A stretch of DNA of 64,000 bases from an uncultured delta proteobacterium (GTDB taxonomy: Bacteria > Desulfobacterota > Binatia > Binatales > Binataceae). Positions 7,909 through 19,039 of the stretch are shown piece by piece; within the stretch, counting starts at the first letter, position 1, and each line of letters starts with the position of its first letter. The DNA is taken from positions 169,464-233,463 of the forward strand of contig CAVRJV010000013.1 of the NCBI GenBank assembly GCA_963721485.1, given 5' to 3'. A program made the position numbers and the translations under genes. The notes below the pieces were generated by a model. That model did not search any database and was not told where the DNA came from. It saw only the letters and a list, made by a program, of their open reading frames with translations.

Positions 7909-9427
7909 ATGGCATCAGCATCAGCTTCATTGGAGTCCGCCACTCGCGGCGCCAAGTCGAGCGCAGCACTTGAGTTCCTCAAGAGCTCGCCCAAAAAACT
8001 TCTCATCAACGGCAAATGGGTGCCGTCGAAGTCCGGCAAAACTTTCGAGACCCTCAACCCGTCCAACGAGCAGGTGCTCGCGCTCGTCGCCGAGGGCGAC
8101 AAGGCCGACGTGGATGAGGCCGTCAAGCATGCGCGCAAGGCCTACGAGGAAGGCAAGTGGGCGAGCTTGAGCCCGCACGCGCGCACGCACTTCCTGCTGA
8201 AGATCGCGGAGCTAATCGATCAAGCATGCCGAGGAGCTGGCCGAGCTCGAGACGCTCGACAACGGCAAGCCGCTGTTCGAGTCGAAGAATATCGACATCC
8301 CCGGCGCGGCCGAGACTTTCCGCTACTACGCGGGCTTCGCGACCAAGATTTACGGCGAGACCAACCCGTCCGACCCCTCGATGTTCAACTACACGCTGCG
8401 CGAGCCGGTTGGCGTATGCGGACAGATCATCCCGTGGAACTTCCCGCTGCTGATGGCGGCGTGGAAGATTGCGCCCGCGCTCGCATGCGGCAACGTCGTC
8501 ATCCTGAAGCCCGCCGAGCAGACTCCGCTGACCGCGATTCGCCTCGGCGAGCTTATCTGCGAGGCGGGCCTGCCCGAGGGCGTCGTGCAAATTATCACGG
8601 GCTTCGGCCCCGGCGCCGGCAGCTCGATCGCCGAGCATCCCGACATCGACAAGGTCGCGTTCACCGGTTCGACTGAGGTCGGCAAGATTGATCCTGCAAG
8701 GCGTCGACCGGCAACCTGAAGCGCGTCTCGCTCGAACTCGGCGGCAAGTCGCCGAACATCATTTTCCCCGACGCTGACATGCCGTCGGCGGTGTTCGGCT
8801 CCGCGCTGGGCATCTTCATGAACCAGGGCCAGGTCTGCTGCGCCGGCTCGCGCGTGTTCGTGCAGGAGAGGGTGTACGACCAGTTCACCGATCGACTGTC
8901 GAAGATTGCCAAGCGGACTGACGCTCGGCAATCCGCTGGATCCCGACACCCGCATGGGCCCGCTCGTTTCCAAGGAGCAGCACGATCGCGTCAAGGGATA
9001 TCTGAAGACCGGCAAGGCGGAAGGCGCGACCGCCAAGACCGGCGGCGAGCCGGGCAAGCAGGAATCCGGCTACTTCATTCAGCCGACGGTTTTCACCGGC
9101 GTGAACAATCAGATGAAGATCGCGCGCGAGGAAATCTTTGGGCCGGTCGCCTCGGCGATCAAGTTCAAGGACGAGGCCGACGTCGTCCTCCAGGGCAACG
9201 ACACGACCTACGGCCTGGCGGCCGCCGTGTGGACCAAGGACATCAACCGCGCCCTCGGCGTCGCGCGCAAGCTGAAGGCGGGCACGGTCTGGATCAACAC
9301 CTACGGCCAGATCGATCCGATGTCTCCGTTCGGCGGCTACAAGCAGTCGGGCTTCGGCCGCGAGCTGGGCAAGTACGCGATCGATCTGTACACGCAGATC
9401 AAGTCGGTTTACGCGAAGATCGGATAG
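7909..9427 (+). CDS. NAD(P)-dependent aldehyde dehydrogenase, frame-interrupted (3 frame changes: ~8222, ~8690, ~8905)
   Basis: The start is ATG 7909, with AGGAGA upstream. The motifs [33 protein letters not shown] (catalytic Cys) and EEIFGPV are spread over four frames. The last segment ends ..[12 protein letters not shown] at 9427. Confidence 0.9.
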
Positions 9428-9450
9428 TCGAGGAAAATTCTGAATCCGCA

Positions 9451-9488
9451 GGAGAGGGCGTCCGTGCAACCGGGCGCCCCTCTTTTTC
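9451..9488 (+). terminator. intrinsic terminator downstream of the aldehyde dehydrogenase
   Basis: GAGAGGGCG - 12-nt loop - GCGCCCCTC followed by TTTTT. Confidence 0.55.
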
Positions 9489-9731
9489 ACCCGTTATATC
9501 CGCAAAGGTAAAAAAATCACAATTTTGAGGGGCAAAGATGTTTCACTTGACCCATCGGATTCCTTATTATTTGGGGCAGTGAGCCAGTGGTTGGCGTCGA
9601 GCCGAGTCGAAGCAGTTCCGGGCCGGCGCACGTCTTAGGGCGTGAGGATGAGCCGTCGCGAGAGGACGGCATTAAGTTGGGTGGTGTGACATCGGCGTCG
9701 TCCGGATTCGGCGGCGCGGCGGGGTTCACTG

Positions 9732-10549
9732 ATGGCGGTCGAGAAGAACGACGATCCGATCGAGGCGATGATCTCGTCGCGACGCGCCTCGCCGCGCGCC
9801 ATCGAGGCAGCGTCCCCAGTTCCCCTCGAATCCGGTTCCGACGACCGACTACCGAAGCTCTACGCCGCTCGAGCCGAAGAGAACGTCTCGAGCGTTCCCC
9901 CGAAAAAGCCGAAGCCCGAACCGCGCGCGCCTCAATTCTCCGCCGCTGCGTCCGCCGACGAATGTCCGCCGCTCGAAGGCGGCTCGAAGTTCGTCCGATC
10001 GGAACGCCGATGGGTCTGCGCGAGCTCGCCGCGCTGCACAAGCGCACCTGGAAGATGCTGAACGTGCAGGAAAAGCGCGTGCACATACTGCTGTGGCCGC
10101 TCGCGATTCATTTCGGCCTCTACACTGTCGGGCAGGGCAGCGAACGGCGCCGGCCGCCGCTGATTGGCGCGTTCTGGGCGCGATGCCTGGCGGACGCGCC
10201 GCTGACGCTCGGCCATCTGTATCCGGCGCAGTTGTTCAAGGGGATGCTCGCGTCGGAAGTATTCGAGTTCGGCGGGATGGTGATCGACCCGACTTACCAG
10301 GGCAAGGGGCTGGTCAAGATGATGTCGGACACGGCGCGGCTATTCGTCTTTTCGCGGCGTCCCAAGCTGCTGATCACGAATCCGGTCGAGCCGCTTTACG
10401 AGATGTACAAACAGCTCGGGCTCAAGACGGTCGGCCGCGAGGCGGTCGAGCATCCGCACGCATTCAACGTGACGCGTGTGGCTGATGTACGGCAGGTTCG
10501 ACGAGATGTCGAAGCCGTACTTCATGTAGGGTTTTACGGTTTGAGATAG
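9732..10549 (+). CDS. hypothetical protein with GNAT-like acyltransferase C-terminal half, frame-interrupted
   Basis: ORF 9732..10061 gives a low-complexity N-terminus. The continuation in ORF 9587..10549 reads ..FEFGGMVIDPTYQGKGLVKMMSDTARLFVF..LYEMYKQLGLKTVG, which resembles the acetyl-CoA-binding region of GNAT folds. An alternative C-terminus (..VWLMYGRFDEMSKPYFM*) lies in another frame. The assignment is weak. Confidence 0.4.
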
Positions 10550-11406
10550 GGCGTCATATCCATGCCGGGGTAGCGCGCCGCCACATCCGCGATAGTCTGA
10601 TCGTTCCAGTATTCGCTGCCCGGCGGCGGCCAGCCGAACAGGTCGCGCTCGCGCGGCGTCATGCGAACGATTGTCTCGCGCATGCCTTGGGCGCATCCGC
10701 GCGATCCGGCCAGCTCATCTTTCCCTGCCAGCGCCATCCGCGCTGCTGAATATCGACGAGCATCATGAAGCGCGAGCGGTTGACGCCGGTGAAATCGGAG
10801 CCGCGATGAAAAACGTCAGTCTTGTAGATCAGCAGGCTGCCCGCGGGAGCCGTAGCCGCGACCTCGTGCTCGAACAGATCGCCGAAAGGCACCGCGCGCG
10901 TCGAGAGCGGCAGATCGCGCGGTGAACTTCAACGGCACCAGCTTGGTGGGCGCATCTTCGGCGGTCACATCGGAGAGCAGCATGAAGGTCGTCATCTGCG
11001 TGTGATTCCGATCGGCGCGCGGCACCACCAGGCTGTGATTTCCAAAGTCGCGATGATGAAACTGATCGTAGTTGACGGCGCCCGAGTACTTCGCCCACAG
11101 CTCGATTTTGTAAATTTCCAGGTCCTGAGTTCCGAGCAGCCGCTCGGCGCCGTCAATCAGGTCGGGATACACCGGGAGGCGATTCAGCGCCCACGAGATG
11201 TAGGGGAACAAGCGCAAGCCGCGCGAATTGCCCGCGGCGAGTTCCGGATGTTCCTCGGGCGCCGTGAAATAATCCTCGGGCTTCGGGATAGATTTCCCAC
11301 AGCGCTTCCTGAGCCGCCGCCAGCGTCTCGCGCATCGAGGAAGTTCTCGACGATGGTGAAGCCCGCGATCCCAAACCTCGGCGAGATTTCTATCCGGTAC
11401 GCGCAT
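10534..11406 (-). CDS. phytanoyl-CoA dioxygenase (PhyH)-family Fe(II)/2-oxoglutarate oxygenase, frame-interrupted
   Basis: The segments GFTIVENFLDAR / ETLAAAQEALWEIYP / KPEDYF..YDQFHHRDFGNH..TTFMLLSDVT / GSLLIYKTDVFHRGSDF / MTPRERDLFGWPPPGSEYW read consecutively across ORFs 10816..11406, 11153..11374, 10659..10892 and 10534..10737. Confidence 0.65.
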
Positions 11407-12317
11407 TCAGATCCCTCAAGCGCTCGATCGGCCTAGGACTTCGTTTTGTGCTCCGGCCTTGGCGCCGCCCGCCCATGAACGTCGCCGCACCCTGCATGAC
11501 CCGAGTGCCGACGCTCAGCAGCGCGTCGGTGACGCCGGGGAACAGCGACGCGAGTTTTTCCGCGACCGCGGCGCCGGGAGGAACATCCACTTCCGTCAGC
11601 CCGAACGCGGCCGCTGCCAGCACCGCCCACGTCACCCATCGCGCCGGCATCGCCATCATCGCGGAGACGCCTTTGAGCGTGTCGTGCTTGAGCGCATTGC
11701 GCGCCATCGGCGTGTCGATCACCCCGGGCATCACGAGCGACACTTTTATTCCGGTGTTGAACAGCTCGACGCGCAGCGCTTCCGTCATGCCGACCAGCGC
11801 GAACTTGGTCGAGCTGTAGCCGCCGAGCGGGCTGACGCCGCGGCGTCCGGCCAGCGACGAGATATTCACGATATTGCCCGACTTGGCTTTGCGCATCACA
11901 GGCAGCACCGCCTGCATCGCGTTGAGCGCGCCGAAGACGTTCACCGCCATCATCTTTTCGAGATCTTCGGGGCGCATCTGCTCGACCGTCTCTGCGATCA
12001 GCAGTCCCGCCGAGTTGATCAGGATATCGACTTTGCCGAAGGCTTCCTTGACCTGCTCGATCGCCCAGAACACGCGCGCGCGATCGGTCACGTCGCAATC
12101 GAGCGCGAGCGCCTTGCCGCCGGCCTTGTTGATTTTCGTGCGCGAGCTCTTCGAGCTGCACGCGTCGGCGTGCGAGAAGCGCGACCTGCGCGCCTTGTTC
12201 GCCGAACGCCAGCGCAACGTCGTGGCCGATACCGCTCGACGCGCCGGTCACGACCACCGATTTGTCGAAGAAGTATCCGCGCACCGGTCCTTTGGATTCC
12301 CGCTTGGCTTCGCTCAT
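11390..12317 (-). CDS. short-chain dehydrogenase/reductase (SDR), frame-interrupted; exact stop uncertain (11390 or 11433)
   Basis: The start is ATG 12317. The motifs are VVVTGASSGIG (Rossmann), NSAG, and S..Y..SK (LGGYSSTKFAL). The N-terminal part is in ORF 11433..12380 and the rest in ORF 11390..12217. Confidence 0.8.
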
Positions 12318-12473
12318 TGGCGTCACCTCGATTGGGCGCCGTGGCACGGAACTGATGGTGTGGGCGTCGCGTTTCGGCATTGTGCGCCGGTCGCCCGCGC
12401 ATCCGCAAACCCCCGCGGAAGCGGTTGCCCATGAGACACGGGGTGATTAGCCTTCTGCCGGAGCAGGGAAATT

Positions 12474-13094
12474 GTGAGATCGAGAACTGTCATTACCGAG
12501 ATCGCCGCCGCCGGCGCGCTGATCGGCTCGTATCCGCTGGATTGGCTGGTCAGGCGCGGCGAGCCGTACTTCTGCGCGCCGTCGAGCGAACCGGTAATTC
12601 TCATTCACGGCTTCGGCGGCAGCCGATCCAATCTGCTGGCGCTGGCGGCGTATCTGCGGCTGGCGGGATTCGACAACGTGTCATATTTCGAGTACCCGCG
12701 ATGGCAGACGCTGGGCGATTCCGCCGCGCAACTCGGGCGCCTCGGCCGAGGAAAAATCCGGCGGCAGACGGCGTTCATCTTATCGGCCACAGCCTGGGCG
12801 GCACCGTCGCGCGGCGCTACGCGGCCGGCGCGTCGAAACGCGCGGTGCGCTCGCTCGTCACGCTCGGCTCGCCGTATTCGTACGGCCAATGGAGTCCGCG
12901 CGAGCTCGGGATTTTCGGCGACGACGATCCGATAGTGCCCGCGCCGATCGAGGCGCTGATGACTCGCGTCGCGTTCGGGCGGATCGTGACGCTGCACGAC
13001 GTTGGGCATCTTGCGCTGGTTTTTCATCCCGAGGCGCTGCGAATCATCGGCACCGAGCTGCGCGCAAATCGCGCAATCGAGCGGCCGCGCGTAA
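12474..13094 (+). CDS. alpha/beta-fold hydrolase (lipase/PGAP1-like), frame-interrupted
   Basis: ILIHGFGGS is in ORF 12474..12935. The nucleophile elbow HLIGHSLGG and ..LHDVGHLALVFHPEAL are in the frame of ORF 12380..13444. The stop is proposed at TAA 13092-13094 after one further frame change. Confidence 0.6.
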
Positions 13095-13125
13095 GCGCTG
13101 GCGCGCGCAGCGCTACACTCGTCGC

Positions 13126-13789
13126 GTGTCATCGCGAAAGAAGCGGGCGCGATCGTGCTGGTCGGCGGGCAAAGCTCGCGGATGGGCCAGCCCAAGGCAG
13201 CGCTCGATTTCGGCGGCGTGCCGCTGCTCACGAGGATCGTCATCGAGCTGAAATGGTGGTTCGACGAGATTGTGATCGTCGCGGCGCCAGAGTCGGCGGA
13301 CAGCCTCGCATCGAAATTCCCGGATTGACGATCGTTCCACGACGAGACAGCGTTCGCCGGGCCGCTCGACGCGTTGCGGCGCGGCCTCGAATGCGCTCGA
13401 TCACGAAGTCGCGTTCGCCTGCTCGTGCGATCTGCCGCTGTTGAATTCCGACGTTGCGGCGAGATCTGGTCGCGATGCTCGATGACTTCGACGCGGTGAT
13501 TCCGGAAGTCGGCGGCAAGCTGCAGCCGCTGCACGCGGTCTATCGCAAGCATTGCGCAAATGCGATCGAGTCGCTCGCGGCGAGCGGCGAGAAGCGGCTA
13601 ACCGCCAGCGCTGGCCGCGATCAACGCGCGAAGGGTCGATCGAGCAGCGAGCTCAGAAAGATCGATCCGCAGCTCAACAGCTTCTTCAACGTGAACACGC
13701 CCGAGGACTATCGGCGCGCACTCAAGCTGCGGGGCCTGCGTGATCCTGACAGAGCCGAGGAGTGCGGGAAACTAACCCCGAACCCCTAA
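13126..13789 (+). CDS. mobA: molybdenum cofactor guanylyltransferase MobA-like, frame-interrupted
   Basis: Reading from GTG 13126 and adding one A to the A-run at 13137-13139 gives MSSRKEAGAIVLVGGQSSRMGQPKAAL. Later segments are FAGPLDAL, ACDLPLL and LQPLHAVY. The end ..NVNTPEDYRRALKL.. is in ORF 13454..13789. Confidence 0.7.
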
Positions 13790-13827
13790 CCCCTTCCCGA
13801 GAGGAAAGGGGAACCGGAGAGGAAGGC

Positions 13828-15349
13828 TTACGGCTTCTTCTCCCAGCGCAGGATCGGGCGGCGCGCGGCCTGCGCTTCGTCGACGCGCGAGACGGCAATG
13901 TCTGCGGCGCGTTCTTGACCCGCTCGGGATCGTTCAGCGCCTCGTCGTAAATCCGCTCCATCGCGTCGACGAAGTTGTCGAGGGTTTCTTTGCTCTCGGT
14001 CTCGGTCGGCTCGATCATCAGCGCGCCCGGCACCACCAGCGGGAAATAGATCGTCGGCGGATGGATTCCGAAGTCGAGCAGGCGCTTGGCGATATCGAGC
14101 GTGCTCACGTCGGCGCGCTTTTCGAGATCGTGCGACAGCACGCATTCATGCATCGAGGGCTCGCCGGTCGCGCTGGGAAAATGCGGTTGCAGCCGCTTGC
14201 GCACGTAGTTGGCGCCGAGGATCGCGAGCCGGCTCGCCATCCCGAGGCCGTCGCCGCCGAGCGCGAGGATATACGCGTAGGCGCGCACGAGCATCCCGAA
14301 GTTGTTGTGAAACGATCGCAGCCGCCCGATCGAATCGGGCCGCTCGGCGTCGAATTCGTAGCCGGCCTCGGCATGCTTCAAGCGCGGCATCGGCAGGAAC
14401 GGCTCGAGATGCTTTTTCACCGCGACCGGACCCGCGCCCGGACCGCCGCCGCCGTGCGGAGTCGAGAAGGTCTTGTGCAGATTGAGCTGCACGATATCCG
14501 CGCCCATGTGGCCCGGCTTGGCGACGCCGAGCAGCGCGTTCATGTTGGCGCCGTCGAGGTAGAGCAGCGCGCCGCGCTCATGCAGCGCCGCCGCGATCTC
14601 CTGGATCTCGCGGCTCGAAAATTCCCAGCGTGTTCGGATTGGTGACCATCATCGCGGCGACGTCGTCGCTCACCAGCCGGCGAACCTCGGCCGCTTCCAG
14701 ATAGCCGCGCCGATTCGACTTCGCGACCATCACCTCGAAGCCCGCCAGCGTGCAGCTCGCCGGATTGGTGCCATGCGCGGTGTCGGGAATGATCACCTTG
14801 TGCCGCGCTTCGCCGCGCTTGCGATGGTACGCGCGGACCATCAGCAGGCCCGTCAGCTCGCCTTGCGCGCCGGCCGCGGGATGCAGCGACACCGCGTCCA
14901 TGCCGGTGATTTCGGCGAGCGCCGCTTCCATCCGCGCGATCAGTTCGAGCGCGCCCTGCGCCAGATGCGCCGGCGTCGCCGGATGCAGTGCCGGCAAGAC
15001 CCGGCAGCGCCGCCAGCTCGTCGTTGACCACCGGATTGTACTTCATCGTGCACGAGCCGAGCGGATAGAACTGGAGCGCCTGCGCGAAGTTGAGCTGCGA
15101 CAGGCGCAGGAAATGACGCAGCACCTGCGGCTCGCTGAGCTCGGGAAAGCCGGGGAGGTCCTCGCGGCAGAGTTCGGCGCCGAGCAGTTCAGCGCCGCGC
15201 CGATCGCCGGCGGCGCGCGGCGACAGATCGGTGCCGCGGCGGCCTTCGGATGAAAGCTCGAAAATCAGCGGCACGCCTGCCACCGGCTCGGTTCGATCGA
15301 GCGTCGAAGGAGTCTCAGGCCACCGCGACGCGGACGATTCTGCCCGCAC
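13828..15349 (-). CDS. gcvPB: glycine dehydrogenase (aminomethyl-transferring) subunit 2, frame-interrupted
   Basis: The fragments carry LSQLNFAQALQFYPLGSCTMKYNP, GMDAVSLHPAAGAQGE, IIPDTAHGTNPAS and NLHKTFSTPHGGGGPG (PLP lysine). The C-terminus ..VSRVDEAQAARRPILRWEKKP* ends at 13828. Confidence 0.9.
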
Positions 15350-15355
15350 TCGCCA

Positions 15356-16713
15356 TCACCGCACCTCCGCCAATTGCCGCCGCACAGCGCGGCCGAACTC
15401 GTCGCCGCGATTCATCTCGGTGACCGAGACCAGCAGCGCGTCGGAAAGTTCGGGATAGTCGTCGCCGAGCGCGACGCCCGCCAGGATCTGCTTGCGCTCT
15501 GCCGCTTCCAGAGCGCCGCGGGGTTCGCGAGCCGCATCACGAACTCGTTGAAGAACGGTCCCGAGAATCGGCGGCGAATGCCCGCCGCCTCGAGCACATC
15601 GGCCGCGCTGATGCGCCAGCTCGACGTTGCGCTCGGCCAGCTCGCGCAGTCCGCTGCGCGCCCATCAGCGAGAGATAGACCGTCGCCGCCAGCGCGCACA
15701 GCGAATGATTGGTGCAGATGTTGGAGGTCGCGCGCTCGCGGCGGATATGCTGCTCGCGCGTGGCGAGCGTCAGGCAGAAAGCGCGGCGACCGTCGCGATC
15801 GCGAGTCTCGCCGACCAGCCGCCCCGGCATCTGGCGCAGATGCGCCATGCGCGCCGCCATGAAGCCGACGCCGGGTCCGCCGAATTGCAGCGGCAGGCCG
15901 AAACTTTGACCCTCGCCGACGGCGATATCGACGCCGAGTTCGCCCGGCGCGCGCAGCAGGCCCAGCGCGATACCCTCGGCCGTCGCCGAAATCGCGAGCG
16001 CGCCCGCGCGATGCGTGATCTCGGCGATCGCGCCGAGCGGCTCGATGATGCCGAACGCGTTGGGATAGCCGGCGACCGTGCACAGCAGCCGATCGTTGGC
16101 GACACGTTCGAGCGCGGCGATGTCGGTCGCGCCGGTCGCGTCGTCGAACGGCACCTCGACGATCTCGAGTCCGTGCAGCGCGCTCAGGTAGGTGCGGATG
16201 GTCGCGCGATAGTCGGGCCACAGCGCGCGCGACAGCGCGACGACGCGAGCGCTTGGGCATCAACCGCCGCGCCATCAGCACCGCCTCGGCCGCGGCCGAC
16301 GCGCCGTCGTACATGCTGGCGTTGGCGACCTCCATCCCGGTGAGCTGCGTGATCAGCGTTTGAAATTCGAAAATCGCCTGCGTGGTGCCCTGGCTCGCCT
16401 CGGCCTGATACGGCGTATAGCTGGTCGCGAACTCGGCGCGCGCGATGACGGCGCGCACGGCGGCGGGCACATAATGGCGATAGTAGCCGGCGCCGAGGAA
16501 GCTGGCGAAGCCCGACGCGCCCGTGTTGCGCGCCGCCAGCGCAGAAATCTCGTGCGACGACATCGGCTTCGCTGCGGCCCGCGGCGAGAGTTGATCGTCG
16601 CGCGTCGCGCGCAGATTGGCCGGCACGTGCGCGATCAGATCGTCGAGATGCTTCGCGCCGATCGTCTCGAGCATCGCCGCGACGTCGCCCTCGGTATGTG
16701 GCATGAATCTCAT
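15356..16713 (-). CDS. gcvPA: glycine dehydrogenase subunit 1, frame-interrupted
   Basis: The fragments carry MRFMPHTEGDVAAMLETIG.., SYTPYQAEASQGTTQAIFEFQTLI, GEGQSFGLPLQFGGPGVGFMA and TREQHIRRERATSNICTN. The end ..RQLAEVR* is at 15356. Confidence 0.9.
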
Positions 16714-16762
16714 CGAATCAACTCGTCCTTCGCTGCCGCCTCCGCTTCGTCCCACAATTCAA

Positions 16763-17903
16763 TCATACGTGCGCAGTTGATGCCGCAGTCGGCTCGTCGC
16801 GCCGATAGAACGGCCGCCGCACGATGGTCGCGCGATTTTGCGCTCACGAATCTCAACTTCGAGCGACTCGCCAACGCGCCGGCGGATTTTTCGCGCCGTC
16901 GACGTTCGAGATACGCCATCGCGATCGGCCGCTGAATCGACGGCGCGAAGGTGCCGCTGGTCACGACGCCGACGTCGTCGCCGTCGCGAAATACGCGGTA
17001 GCCCTGGCGCGCGACCATCCTGCCGTCGTCGGTCTGCAGCCCGACCAATTTTTTCTTCAGTCCCGTGTCGCGCTGCGCCGTGAGCGCCGTCGCTGCCGAC
17101 GAACGTCGCGCCCGAGCTTTACGAAGTCGCCGAGTCCCGCTTCGAGCGGCGACGTCTTGCGATCCAGCTCGTGACCGTAGAGCGGCAGGCCCGCTTCGAG
17201 CCGCAGCGTGTCGCGCGCGCCCAGGCCGACACGGCTTCGCATCGGCGCGGCGCGCCGGCGTCGAGAATCGCCTCGAACAATTCGCGCGCGCCGGCGTTGT
17301 CGACGAAAAGCTCGAAGCCGTCTTCGCCCGTGTAGCCGGTGCGCGCGGCGAGGCATTGATGCCCGCGACTATCCGCTCGGCGACGCCGAAGCGCGGCACG
17401 TCGGCGATCGGAAACTCCGCGAGCGTCGCCAGTATCGCGACGGCCTCCGGTCCCTGCACTGCGATCAGCGCGGTCGCGTCGCTCACGTCTTCGAAAATCG
17501 GCGCGTCCGCCGTTGAGCTCGAGGAGCCATTCGCGATCGGCGTCGATATTCGAGGCGTTGACGCACAGCATGTAGCGCTCGTCGCCGAGCCGATAAACGA
17601 TCAGGTCGTCGATCGTGCCGCCGTCGTCCGCGCACATGAGCGTGTACTGCGCCTGGCCGTGCTTGAGCCGCGCCGCGGAGTTGGTGAACGCGCGCTCGAG
17701 CGTCGCCAGCGCTGCGGCCCGCTGATTTCGAACTCGCCCATGTGGCTCAGATCGAAAACGCCCGCCGAATTGCGGACCGCAAGATGCTCCTCGATAATCC
17801 CGCTGTAACTGACCGGCATCTCGAAACCACCGAAAACCGTCATCCGCGCGCCGAGTTTCTGGTGAAGGTCGAACAGAACAGTGCGCTTGGGCGCATTCAT
17901 CAT
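16763..17903 (-). CDS. gcvT: glycine cleavage system aminomethyltransferase, frame-interrupted
   Basis: [46 protein letters not shown] is in ORF 17601..17987, with further segments in three frames. The C-terminal ..[11 protein letters not shown].. ends with a stop at 16763. Confidence 0.85.
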
Positions 17904-17993
17904 CAGCGGCAAAATTTTAACAGACCGGGTTCGGCCGAACGAGACGACCGCGCGCGATCTGCCAACAAGCCCCGACTCTCTGTCCACAGCGGC

Positions 17994-18021
17994 TTGCTCG
18001 CCGTGAAGCCGGTGCTATAAT
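17994..18021 (+). promoter_or_regulatory. putative sigma70-type promoter for folD
   Basis: TTGCTC (17994-17999), a 16-nt spacer, then a perfect TATAAT (18016-18021). The folD ATG is only 13 nt after the -10 box. Confidence 0.4.
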
Positions 18022-18034
18022 CGAATGGTATCCG

Positions 18035-18941
18035 ATGGCAGCGATCATCATGGATGGCCGGGCGGTCAGCGCGCATCTGATGCCGGAGTTGCGCGCCAAC
18101 GTCGACGAGCTCAAGCGCAACGTTCGGATGCACGCCGTCGCTGGCGGCGGTCCTGGTCGGCGACGATCCGGCCTCGCGCCAATACGTGCGCAACAAGCAG
18201 CGCTTCGCCGCCGAACTTGGATGCGACAGCCGCACGGTGCGAATGACCGTCCGCGGAGGCGACCACCGAGCGTCTGCTCGAAGTGATCGCGCGCCTCAAC
18301 GCCGACGCGCAACGTCACGCGATCCTGCTGCAATTGCCGCTTCCCGAGCGGTCGACGTTTCCGCCTGTTCGACGCTATCGCGCCCGGACAAGGACTCGAC
18401 GCGGTCGGCGCGGCCAGCGTCGGCGGATTCTACCGCGGCGCAATGGGGACGCTTCATCCCGTGCACTCCGCGCGGCGTGCTGACGATGCTCGACTATTAC
18501 AAGGTGCCGGTCGACGGTGCGCGCGCCGTCGGTCATCGGGCGCAGCGATATCGCCGGCAAGCCGACGGCGCTGATTCTCGGCGGCCGGCTGCGCAACGCG
18601 ACCGATCACCTGGTGCCATCGCCACACCCGCGACCTCGCCGCGCATTTGCCGCGAGGCCGATATCCTGATCCCGTGCGTCGGCGCCGACACCGGCCGGCC
18701 GTATCTGATTACCGCCGACATGGTGAAGCCCGGCGCCTGCGTGATCGACGTGGGCTTTCGGCGCGTCGGTCCGGGCAAGTTCGTCGGCGACGTCGATTTC
18801 GAAGCGGTCAAGGAAGTCGCGGGATGGATCACGCTCAATCCCGGCGGCACCGGTCCGATGACGGTGCTGGCGCTGATGCAGAACCTGATCGACGCCGACG
18901 CGCTATCAGCTCGGATTGCCGCGCGCCGCTTATTCGTCTGA
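18035..18941 (+). CDS. folD: bifunctional methylenetetrahydrofolate dehydrogenase/cyclohydrolase, frame-interrupted
   Basis: The segments MAAIIMDGRAVSAHL.., AAVLVGDDPASRQYVRNK, ILLQLPLP, FIPCTPRG and ACVIDVG..PGGTGPMTV are spread over at least 4 frames. Confidence 0.85.
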
Positions 18942-19039
18942 CGCGACAGGTCGAAGATGCCGCGCGCATTGCTTTGCGCAAGCTCTGACGTTTCCCATAG
19001 ATTTGCAAATTGCAGTAGGAGAGCTGTCCAGACAATCGA

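Noticed and set aside
9517-10086. An Arg/Ser-rich 189-aa minus-strand ORF and other overlapping ORFs in the 9.5-10.1 kb region.
   Set aside because: They have no motifs. They overlap the plus-strand gene, whose downstream half has a recognisable GNAT-like core. The composition suggests an off-frame artefact.
17904-18034. Possible glycine riboswitch in the gcvT leader. GGACAGAGAG and GCGAGCAAGC resemble pieces of the consensus.
   Set aside because: The conserved elements are not all present or in the right order. There is no CCGAAGGGGCAA-type core followed by CUCAGGCAAAAGGAC. The available leader is also short. This needs a covariance-model scan before any call.
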